Assembly (NCBI GenBank): GCA_951406725.2
Contig: OX597824.1
Coordinates: 14,508,001-14,572,000 of the forward strand
Origin: Octopus vulgaris
Lineage: Eukaryota
Direction of reading: 5' to 3'
DNA: 64,000 bases
Shown here in pieces: positions 26,111 through 38,802 of the stretch. Each line of letters begins with the position of its first letter. Within the stretch, counting starts at the first letter, position 1. The notes beneath the pieces were generated by a model. It did no database searches. It was given only the letters and a program-made list of their open reading frames with translations, and had not been told where the DNA came from. The position numbers were made by a program, and so were the translations under genes.

Positions 26111-27204
26111 CATCATCAGAGGAAGAATGGGATATGTTGATTCTGTTCTACACGCTTTGAAACTACAGAATGCTTCCTATCCAGACATCGTTGGAGAAAG
26201 AGAATGCGATTGAAAGTAGTTATATCAATCTCTCTGGTATTGTTTACAGATATGTATATCTACTGCCTAAACTGATAATGTTTACACTGCCCTCTGCTTT
26301 GGTTTACAGGCTCGTGAAGCACGTAACAACCAGATGTTCACAAAACACCTAAATGAAGTGAAAGCTGAACATAATGCCTCTTTACACTCATTGAAAGTAA
26401 GTGTGCAATATTAACATATTCATTGTGGGTGATTGTTGTTGTTGTTGTTATTTGGCCCCAAGTGAGCCCTGGTGTTGTAAGTAAAAAAAAAAACAAAAAA
26501 AAAACAAAGAACAAATTGGCGTAGGCGTGGCTGTGTGGTAAGAAGCTTGTTTACCAACCACATGGTTCTCGGTTCAGTCCCACTGTGTGGCACCTTGGGC
26601 AAGTGTCTTCTACTATAGCCTCAGGCCAACTAAAGCCTTGTCAGTGAATTTGGTAGACGGAAACTGAAAGAAGCCCATCATATATATATGTATATGTGTG
26701 TGTGTGTGTGTTTATTTGTGTGTCTGTGTTTGTCTCCATCACCATCGCTTGACAATCAGTGTTGGTATTTACGTCCCCCTTAACTTAGCGGTTCAGCAAA
26801 AAAGACTGACAGAATAAGTACTAGGCTTACAAAGAATAAGTCCTGGGGTTGATTTGTTTGACTGAAGGCGGTGCTCCAGTAGGGCCGCAATCAAATGACT
26901 GAAACAAATAAAAGAATAAAAGAAAAAAAAGATAAAGGATAAATAAATAGGTGTGGGTGTGGCTGTGTGGTTGAAAAGGTTACTTTCCAATCATGTGGTC
27001 TTGGGTTCAGTCCCCGTATGTGGCACCTTAGGGACATGTCTTCTACCATAACTTCAGGCCAGCCAAAGCTTTGTAAACTGATTTGGCAGATGGAAACTGA
27101 AAGAAGCCTGTTATATATATATGTGTGTGTTTGTGCATGTGCAATCTCCACAGCTGTGGCTTTCATGCTTCAGGTATTCTATGCTATGTTCTATATAAAT
27201 ATCA

Positions 27205-27258
<54 letters not shown>

Positions 27259-30200
27259 TGTGTGTGTGTATGTGTGTGTGAGTGTGTGTGTGTGTGTTGA
27301 GCATAATATTAATGATGATATAAATATTTTATTGAAAATTTTGTATTATGCTGTATATCTATGTCCAGTTTGAATTGGCTGAAGAACGGTCAGTCCACAA
27401 GAGAACTCGACAGCAATGTGATCAACAAAGAGATGAAAATGACCAACTTCACCAGAACGTTAGCAGGTCAGTATAACAAATGGTCTTTCTCTTCTTATTC
27501 ACTTCATAAACACTGAACAGTTTCCTCACCGGTCAATCTCTCATCATCTTCTTCAAGTATCACTTGAAAAGGAAAGTGAGAGTAGAGAGGCAAGTTTTGT
27601 CTAGTGAATGTTTCAAAAAAAGATGGGTGAATGTAGCAAGGATGGCACATATGAATGACGAAACCACCTTGAGCATAATCCTATGAACCCGGAAAATTTA
27701 AAACAGAGGGTTACCTACTTGCAAACAAAAGTGGTATCACGTAACATTATTGACCAAGGTTACTGTGGTCTTTTCCGTAGGCTTTTCTTCCCACAGATAA
27801 ACCTTATCTGCTTCCCCCTTTACACTTTACATCATGACACTGTGATACACGATCCCTATTGATCGTTTTTTCCTTTACTTTTCCTTTTTTTCTTCTTTCC
27901 CTTTTATGATCCCTTTTGATCGAAAACCTACCCCACCTTTTTTTTTTTTCCTCCCTCAAAAAGAAAATCTCTACTTTATAATCTGTCCCGTCTGTGTGCA
28001 GCCTTGTGTGGCTAATAAAGAAACATATTATTAAAAAGAATGCAGTTTCATACATAAGCTTGACCGCTATACACACCATTTTACAAAACTCTACTGTACA
28101 CCCCTGAAAATAATTTACTGCTCTAAACTAAACACCACTTTATACATACAGTCCATCATCAACAGGATCAAAGGTCCTTCCTGAGCCATAGACTCATAAG
28201 ACTAGTCTCATGGATTCTGTGGTGTATATGTGGCACTCACAAAACTGTACATTTTTGTTAATTTTCAGATTAGAAGAAGAAAATAGCAAATTATTAACAA
28301 AACTGGAAAAATCCTTTGAAGATCTCAAGTCCAAGGTGAGCTATAATTATGTATATTCTATACTAGCAGTATTGCCCAGCGTTGCTTGGGTTTGTTTCGA
28401 CCCTTTAGAATTGGAATTTTTGAAAAGTAAAAATTTTGCATTATGTAGCTCGTTATTCTCTTTAAGTGAACATTTTTCTGATTGAAATACACCGGAAAAT
28501 GGCAACACAGCAGTCAAAACATCGTAAAAAATAGGGATTTTCATAGAAAAAAAGCACCTTTTTGATGTAAATCATTTTTGGTCTTAACATGGTCCGATTT
28601 GAAGAGCAAGCCTTCTTCTATCATACTCTCAATTTTGGTCAACTTGTGCCGCAGGGTCTCGGAGGAGATAGTGTTAGTTGAGGGCTACCAAACCTGCCAT
28701 ACACAGACAACTTCAGCTTTATATATACAGAGATTATTAACTACGTAGTAGGGTTGTTTTATTGAAAATCTGAAATCCAATCTGAGCTACGCATACACAC
28801 CATATATATGGCTGCTGAAAGGTTCCTGGCTTTAAGGATATTACAAAAGACCTGGTTGGAGGCCCAGCCTTCTGAGTTCTTTTGCGAGGCTTATGAAAGC
28901 TGAAGGACCACTGCAATAAGTGTGTGTATCTGAGAGGGGAATATGTTGAATAAAATCATACTTAAATGTATTTTCTTTTACAAGCTAGCACAGAAGGCAG
29001 ACGTTAAACGATGATCCTGACATGATATATATACATATATAAAGAGAGAGAGTTCAACTTGAACTTCAAATACATACATACATACACGCGTGCACACACA
29101 CACACATACATATATAGTTCAATTGCTTGTTTCTTGTCCATTTTTCCATACTTCCATTGGTTAGATAAACATATTATTGGTTTCAAATTTTTTTCTGTCA
29201 AGGTCGACTTTGCCTTTCATCTTTTCAGGGGTTGATAAAATTAGTATGCACTGGGGTCGATGTAATCGATTTAATCCCTTCCCCAAAATTTGAAGCCTTG
29301 TGCTTCAAGTAGAAAGGATTATTGGTTTCAAATTTTGGCACAAGGCCTGGATTGGGGGAGAGGTTAAGTTGATTACATCAAACCCCAGTGTTAAACTGAT
29401 ACTTATTTTATTGACCCCAGAAGAATGTGAGGCAAAGTCAACCTCAGTGGAATTTGAACTCAGAACACAAGGACAGAAAAATGCTGCTAACCATTTTTCC
29501 TAGTATGCTAATGATTCTGCCAGCTCATTGCCTTTCAAACACATTATTGGAGCATTTTCAAATAATTTTTGCTCAAGTGTTGCAGTCTGCTTGGTTTGAC
29601 ATATCTATGAGCAATCATGTTTTGTCAATGTGATCTTTTACCACAATATCTGGTCTATTAGCCTATGACTTGGGGATGACAGAGTAATCCAGGACTTTTG
29701 CATGGGGTTTACCCCAAATTACCCTAAATGAACTGCCCCACTATTGGGGATTCTAATTATTTATTTCTCTAATTTCTATTATATATCCTTTGTTATATCT
29801 TTTAATGTGGCAGTGTCTCCCTTTGATCGATGTAAATCCCACCTGTTTTTGTGTGTCATAACTTGTCCTTTGATATTGTCCTCCAATCTCTTGGGCTCTT
29901 GTGGCCAATGATAGAAATCATTATTATTATTATTGAGTGAGAGAGCAGTGCATGCCATCAAAGTGACACTGGGGTAAAATATACGAAGCCCAGTATACCC
30001 ATCATGACTACCCGTCTGATAAGGGTACACCAGGCACATGCATCACAACCATATGTGCGCGACATGGTGATCTCATATCAAGATAAACAGCACATGACCT
30101 TGCAGGTGGGGTCCAGTTAGAATTTTCTTCTGGTCGGGTAACCCATCCCACTCAAAAGGTCTCCCTGATTAAGGGTTGTTTAAGGATGTTGAACGAAACA

Positions 30201-33200
30201 CCCATGTTTCCAGAGGTGAATCATTCAAACCCCAAAGAATCCCTCTCAACACATGGCTATGATGCTCCCCCACTACTTCTGCTCGTGATCAGAGATGCAC
30301 ATATCGTTAGCCACTAAGGGACATGCTCAACTGGTTAAGGTCAAACAACTGACAAGCAAATCTGTGCTATTGAGCAGAATATTTGCTGTAGCCCATCTTT
30401 TATACCAAGACAAAACAATGTACATGACAACACTTCCAATCAGTTAAGATCAGAAGCCATGAGAGCCACTGCTTGGTACTGCATCAGGGCATTTATTATT
30501 ATTATTATTATTATTATTAAGGCGGTGAGCTTACAGAATCGTCATTCAAATTCTGCCAAGGTTGACTTTACCTTTCAGCCTTTTGGGTTCAATAACTTAA
30601 ATACCAGTAAAACAATGGGTCGATGTAATCAACTTGTGTCCTCCCCTCAAATTCCAGACCTTGTGCCTTTAATAGAAATGATTATTATTCCAGTGTTGAT
30701 GAGTTCAAATTCCACTGAGGTTGATTTTGCCCTTTGTCCTTTCAGGGTCCCCAAATTGCTGGCCTTGTACCAAGATTTGAAACCATTATTATTATTATTA
30801 TTATGTATAAATTTACAGAACATTTCAAACCATGCAAACAAGAAATCATAAACGAAACTAACAAAAATATATAAATGATATAAATAACAAACATAGGCGC
30901 AGGAGTGGCTGTGTAGTAAGTAGCTTGCTTACCAACCACATGGTTCCGGGTTCAGTCCCACTGTGTGGCACCTTGGGCAAGTGTCTTCTGCTATAGCCTC
31001 GGGCCGACCAAAGCCTTGTGAGTGAATTTGGTAAATGGAAACTGAAAGAAGCTCGTCGTATTGGCCGTTCGCCAGCCACATCTGGCACCTATGTCGGTAG
31101 CACATAAAAACACCATCCGAAGACCCGGCAAGACTAGTCAGGCGATAACCTGTGGCCCCTACCTGGGACGTAGTCCGTCCACCTGTGCATACCTTCCTTC
31201 TTGTGACACTTGTGAAGACCTGTTGAGGCAAGTGAAAATCAAAACAAATCAAAATAGATGAACATCAATGGAATTTGTATCTTTGTGGTACCAGTGCCGG
31301 TGGCACACAAGAAAACCATCCGAATGTGGCCGTAGCCAGTACCGCATCGACTGGCCTCCGTGCTGTGGGGACGTAACAAACACCATCCGATCGTGGCCGT
31401 TTGCCAGCCTCATCTGGCACCTGTGTCGGTGGCACATAAAAACACCATCCGAGCGTGGCCGTCTGCCAGCCTCGTCTGGCACCTGTGTCGGTGGCACATA
31501 AAATCACCCACTACACTCTCGGAGTGGTTGGCGTTAGGAAGGGCATCCAGCTGTAGAAACACTGCCAGATCTGACTGGCCTGGTGCAGCCTTCGGGCTCC
31601 CCAGACCCCAGTTGAACCGTCCAACCCATGCTAGCATGGAAAGCGGACGTTAAATGATGATGATGATGATGATGATGTATGTGTGTGTATATGTTTGTGT
31701 GTATGTGTTTGTCCCCCAACATCGCTTGACAACCGATGCTGGTGTGTTTACATCCCCGTTACTTAGTGGTTCAGCAAAAGAGACCAATAGAATAAGTACT
31801 AGGCTTACAAAGAATAAGTCCTGGGGTCGATTTGCTCGATTGAAGGCGGTGCTCCAGCATGGCCACAGTTAAATGACTGAAACAAGTAAAAGAGTGATAA
31901 AAAAGGGTAATATCTGTCTTTTGTGTAAATGTCTAATTTACCATTTTTGCTTTATTTTTCAGGAACTGTTGGCAGCCGATGTCAAGAGGTGAGGTGATAT
32001 TAACACATTTTCTCTGGTTCTTTTACTGGTTTCAGTCATTGGGCTGTAGCCATTCTGGGGCTTGAGTCTCAGGTGTTTTAATTAACCATCTCAACTCCAG
32101 TACCTTTTTTTGTTAAATTTTGGTATTTATTTCACCAAACTGCGAAAATATGGATATAAGCATGGACACACATATCATCATCACCGTTTAACATCCGCTT
32201 TCCATGCTAGCATGGGTTGGACGGTTTGACTGAGGGCTGGTGAACCAGATGGCTGCACCAGGCTCCAATCTTGTTCTGGCAGGGTTTCTACAGCTGGATG
32301 CCCTTCCTAATGCCAACCACTCTGAGAGTGTGTATGCACATATATACATACATACTTGTGTATTTGTGTATATATCACCATCATTATCATTATCATCAAT
32401 TAACATTCATTTTCTATGCTGGCATCATTTGGACGGTTTTAACAGGAGCTGGCTAGCCAGAAGACTGCACTAGGTTTCATTGTCTGTTTTGGCATGGAAT
32501 CTGGAATCTGGAATCTGGTGCATGTGTTCTTCACTGCGGCCATGGGGAGATCTCCAAATGCTTTCTTGCTCTTGACCACCAGAACAGACTTGGTTTTGCA
32601 AGCAAGGTGACTGGTGTTATTTCTCAAGTGTGCCCTACACATAGTAATCCGTGGGATTACAACCAGAGGGAATTAGGAAGCCAGAAATTGGGGCTGATAA
32701 AATCACAGAAATTCTCCAACAACTACTTCTGACTCTTTCCAGAGATATGGCAAGGAATCAAATTCTGCTGCCATTCATATGACCTTCCAGCAGCAACCCT
32801 TTCAGGCCAGGTTTTGACCAGTCTCCAGCAGATTCACATAACCATCTGAATTGAACCCAAGGCCTTGTTCAAAGATATATTCCAATATGGTTACAGTCAG
32901 AAAGCCTCTGTATTCCTTCCTTTTGGCCATGGCTTCATAGTGTCTGTTGTAGCTGTCCATTGTCATATCTTACAGTTTTTACAGTTTTCACAGAATATTG
33001 AGCAGCAGTCATGATGTCAGCATTTTAATACCTGGTGCAAATAATTATGATACAGGTAACTTTTTCCCAATATTGAGATGGCTTCCAGTCCTCCATACCA
33101 GCTAACTTTTTCTCAACTACAACTTTAATCATTACATTCTCTAATCCATCAAACTATTTCTGAAAAAAAAAGTCAAAGAATTACCAAATTCAATTCAAAC

Positions 33201-35427
33201 ACCTTATCATCATTTTGATATTTTTCCAGAAGAGTTCATTGTAAAGATCACTATACAACCACCTTTTATTAAAAGAAATAAAGGGTTGTCTCTCTCTGGC
33301 ATAACCAGTAAACATAGTTACCTGGTAAATGATAGACTCATGATTCATGTTCTCTTAGTTATTCTACTACTAGTTTTCTGTCCTAGGTTGGTCATTGTCA
33401 TCATCATCATCGTTTAACCCTTTTGAGACCAACCCAGCTGAAACTGCCTCTGGTTCTGTAGTACAAATGTTCTGTTTTCACAAGTTTTTAATTAAAATCT
33501 TCCACCAAACCTTAGTCACAATTTATGTTCCTAACACTAGCTGAATGATAACTAAGTTACTTTACTAAATTCTTTGTTACATTTAAAATTAATTGAAAGA
33601 AACACAGAGCGTCTCAAAATAAATACGGTAATGAAAAGTTTAATATCTGTATGCCATGCTGGCATGAGTTGGATAGTTTAACAGGATCCAGTGAACCTGA
33701 CATTTGCATTGAGATCCAATATCTGCTTTGGCATTATTTCTATGACTGGATGCCCTTCCCAACGCCAACCATTTTACAGAGTGTGCTGGGTGCTTTTTTT
33801 CATGGCATGGGCACTAGTGGGGTCACCAAGTAACTAGCAAGACAAAACGAATCCCTCTTGATTACATGGTAGGGGTTGATTTACAACTTGTGGTTTGGTT
33901 GCCAGTCCTACTGTGTGGCACCTTGGGCAAGTGTTTTCTAATATGACCTTGGCCTTATGAGTAAAATCAGGTAGGTGGAAGCTGCATAAAAGCCCATCAT
34001 TATATCTTATACATAAAGTATGATAGAGGGACAAAAACAGCTGTCTTCTTGTGGACAAGATACATGGCTACCCTGAATTACATAAAGGTGAATGAGAGTA
34101 GCTAGAAAAAGAGATAAAGATGACAGTGATGGGTATCAGGGAATAACCTCAAGGTACAAGAAGGTAAGTAGACTGGTGCTTATAATATTTAATATAAATG
34201 AAGCCGGTATTTTATAAGTTCCATTGACTTGAGTTTCAATCTAATTCCAGGATTAGAGATTTAGAGGAACAATTATACGAAGCTTTTAGCAAGATGAAGA
34301 AAATGGAGAAAAATGAAATGGTGAGTGTTTTGTATTTAAAAAGAAAAATAAATATTTCAGCGGTGCTGCAGCATGGCCGCAGTCAAATGACTAAAACAAG
34401 TAAAAGAGAGTAAAAGAGAGTAAAGAGTAAATAAGCATTACATTTGACTGAATTATCTGATTTCTGATGGATTAAATTTAAAAAAAAACAAAAAAACAGG
34501 TAAAAATTAGCAACAAGTAGAACATCTGGCTGTAAAACAATGTTTTGATAATTAATTAATCTAACTGATGACACCATGGAAAAAATGGATGTAAAATAGT
34601 GAGGCTGGAGAGAAGATGCCTGTCAAAGAAAATGTTCAGAGAAAGATGGTTGCATGTTGCGAGGGTTTGATTGTGTATTGTCCCCCTCTATGTTTTGGCC
34701 CTTGTGACTAATAAAGGAATTGGATATAAAACAAAAAAAAATAAAAAAGAAGAGATAATCTTGTTTAAACAATCTTTTAATCTTATGTACTTCAATGTGA
34801 ATTTTGACAGGATTACTTGGGAAATATATCATCCAGTATTGATTCTGTTCTACATGCTCTGAAACTACAGAATGCTTCCTCTCCAGACAATTTCAAGGTT
34901 TGTTAACTTACAGGGCATTTTTTGTTGTTGTTGTGAGTGAATATTGGTAGTTTCTTTTGATGTTGGGTTTTATTATCATTAAGAAAATTAAGGTGATGAG
35001 CTGGCTGAATTGTTAGCATGGTGGACAAAATGCATAGTGGCACTTCTTTTGGTTTTATGCTTTGAGTTCAAATGGGCGACATTTTACAAAATTACTGATG
35101 CTCTTCACACAGAAATTTAAAAGCAAACAAAATCATATTTTAGGAAAAATTATATAATTTTGTAATTGTTTGTAAATTTGTATAGGCATAGGAGTGACTG
35201 TGTGGTAAGTAGACGCAGGAGTTGCTGTGTGGTAAGTAGGTTGCTAATGAACCACACGGTTCCGGGTTCAGTCCCACTGCGTGGCACCTTGGGCATGTGT
35301 CTTCTACTATAGCCTCAGGCTGACCAAAGCCTTGTGAGTGGATTTGGTAGACGGAAACTGAAAGAAGCCCGTCGTATATGCGCATATATATATATATAAA
35401 CTGAAAGAAGCCCGTCGTATATATGTA

Positions 35428-35501
<74 letters not shown>

Positions 35502-38500
35502 CGATGGGCTTCTTTCAGTTTATACATATATGTGTGTATGTTTGTGTATTTGTGTTTGTCCTCCCACCATCACTTGACAACCGATGCTGTTGTATTTATG
35601 TCTCCGTAACTTAGCGGTTCGGCAAAAGAGACTGATAGAATAAGTACTAGGCTTACAAAGAATAAGTCCTGGGGTCGATTTGCTCGACTAAAGGTGGTGC
35701 TCCAGCATGGCCACAGTCAAATGTCTGAAACAAGTAAAAGAGTAATGCAAAACTAGATGTGGTGTGGCTGAGTTGTAAGAAGTTTGCTTCCCAACCATAT
35801 GGTTCTGGGTTCAGTCCCACTATGTGCCACCTTGGACAAGTGACGTCTACTATAGCCCTGGGTTGACCAAAACCTCATAAGCAGATTTGGTAGATGGAAG
35901 CTAAAAGATGCCCTTTGTACATGTGTGTGTGTGTGTTTGCCCTCCACTATTGCTTGACAACCATTATTGGTTTGTTTACATTCCCATAACTTAGTGGTTC
36001 AGTAAAAACAAAAAAATTGATAAAATAAGTACTAGGCTTAAAAAATTAAAAAGCAATAAAAACGAAAGTCCTGAGCTCAATCCATTCAATTAAAATTCTT
36101 CAAGTCATTGCATGGCTGTAATCTAATGAGTGAAACAAGTGAAAGAGAAGAGACCTCAAATTTTGTGAGGACCAACAGTTTGTAAAATTATCCTGAGGCC
36201 CTTAATGGCAGTGCTTGGTTTGAATGAGTTGCTTTTTCTAGAGATCAAGTCACCTTGTAGACACTTCTTAGCCAATTGTATGATTGTAAAATATAGTAAA
36301 ATATGGTATTAACTACAGTTTAGAATGGACATAATAAAATCCATCTGATATTTCTGGTTCTGTTTTCTGTGGTAAAAGATGTAAAAGCGACAATTGTTGT
36401 AGTTGGTGTCTTCTACAAGCAACCCTGTTGTTTATTACCTTTGGTATCATGATCTTATCGTTATGTTTCCTGTCTCTGTACCCCACCTTTGGCAGGCTGA
36501 ACCATCAGTGTCGATCGCACAACAGTTTGATGATCCGAATTTGTGGGTGGCTGAAATAAAAGTAAGTTTGTCTTCCTCATCGATAATTGTTTACTGTTTG
36601 TGCAAAATGCAATTGTTTCTCTTTTGTTTATTCAGTTGGTTGTAAATGTTTGCAATTAATCATAGAGCACTTAAAAAAAAAAAAATGAAGATTAATAATT
36701 CTGTTGTCTTATATACAGGGCGGACCGAACTGATCTGACACATTTGGAGGCTTAATAAAAGCACAAAATAAGAAATAATGAAAAGAAAAATTTTATTTTC
36801 TGAATGTAGATATAATGCCATTTTATTTCATTAAGTTTTAAAAATTAAATCAGCTAATAGCCTCCCATCATTGTGAACACACTGTTGGAGACATTCAGGA
36901 AAGTTATTGATAACTCTGGATCATTTCTTCTGGAATGTGATTTCTTCTTGTGGGGATATTTAAAATCAAAAGTATTCAGTCATCACCCTCGATCTATTGA
37001 TGAATTAAAACGTGCAGTTTGTGTAGAAATAGCATCCATTCCAGAAGAAATGATCCATAGAGTTATCGATAACTTTCAGGAACGTCTCCAGCAGTGTGTT
37101 GACAATGATGGGATGCATTTAGCTGATTTAATTTTTAAAACTTAATGAAATAAAATGGCATTATATGTACATTAAGAAAATAAAATTCTTCTTTTCATTA
37201 TTTCTTATTTTGTGCTTTTATTAAGCCTCCAAATGTGTCAGATCATTTTGCAGAATGATATTGAAGCTGTAATCTCATTTGACACAAATCACATATGTGC
37301 CAGAATTCATCCACACACACACAATAGAAATTCATGATATGTATATACATAGAGTCTATAACTGACCTGTCTGTTTTTATCATTCATTTCTGTATGAAGA
37401 ACAAACTATGCTGGCTTCAGTGTGAAATACAACTTCACAATAGTCAACCGAAGAGAGAACCATTAAAGCCAGCTGCCCAAATCATGACAGATAAATCTGT
37501 TAAGGAGCCAGGCACCAACAAATCTTCAGAAACATCAACAACTGGGGCAGGTTTGTATCAAATATTCACTTTACTTCTATAAAAGCTTGCCTCAGTGAGT
37601 GTGTGAATGTTTGTGTGTCACTAATCTCTATATATAAAGCTGAAGTTGACAGGTTTGGTAGCCTTCAACTAACACTATCTCCTCCGAGACCCTGCGACGC
37701 AAGTTGACCAAAATTGAGAGTATGATAGAAGAAGGCTTGCTCTTCCTTCTGTAGAAGAAAAAAATTCAAATCGGACCATGTTAACACCAAAAATTATTTA
37801 CATCAAAAAGGTGCTTTTTTTCTATGAAAATCCCTATTTTTAACAATTTTTTTACTGCTGTGTCGCCATTTTTCGGTGTATTTCAACCAGAAAAATGTTC
37901 ACTTAAAGAGAATAACAAGCTACATAATGCAAAATTTTTACTTTTAAAAAATTCCAATTCTAAAACCCGAGCAACGCCGGGCGATACTGCTAGTTAATAC
38001 TTAAAATGTTTGTTATTTCTGTTTATCTATTGACAGGAATGAATTTTGAAGGGAAGAAATCTGGAACACCTTTGAAGGTGAGATAATGAAGGAAGAGGTG
38101 TAAGTAGTGTACCAAAGAAATATAAATATGAGTATTTTATGATTCCACTTGGCCATAGAACCAATTGCTAGAACTCAATATACTTCATAGTTTTAGTAAT
38201 GTCCAGCAGCGAGAAGGTATGAATAGATTTTCTTCATTCTGGACCAGCAGGTCAATATAGTGTAATAATAATAATAATAATAATAAAAACATTGTGTACA
38301 GTGCTCAGGTGCACTACAACTCATCTAAAGTGTATGTATAATCAGGTGTAGTTTCGGCGGATTTCGGAAAGCATGAGGGCCTTAAAGGATGCAGTGTCAT
38401 GGCAGTCAACAACTGACACAGGCAGTTTATTCCATGCTTCAGCAACTCTGAGCGTGAAAAAATGTTTCTGAAAGTCATGGGAGCTGTGTTGTTTTCTGAC

Positions 38501-38755
38501 TTTGTAGGCATGTCCACGTGTGTTAGACACATGGAGATCAAAAAGGTGTTCAGTGTTGTTGTTGGTGAGGTGGTTGATAACTTTGTGGGTATTAATAATA
38601 AATGAATGACAAAAGAATTGGTGTTACATAATTACTTTTCATTAGCTGTTTCTGCTATAAGAAACCATGCACCCAGTTGAGTGTCAGTGCAACATATCTA
38701 TAGCTTCATCAGAGCCATTTAGCTGAAACAGTTACAAATGTGTGTGTATATGTAT

Positions 38756-38802
<47 letters not shown>

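Noticed and set aside
24990-26160. 356-aa and 332-aa poly-Ile/Met ORFs
   Set aside because: Translations of the (ATT/ATC)n microsatellite.
26115-26190. H/ACA snoRNA-like hairpin ending in ACA, present twice
   Set aside because: The second copy is a CEP128 exon and lacks the lower stem; an exon-fragment duplication explains it better.
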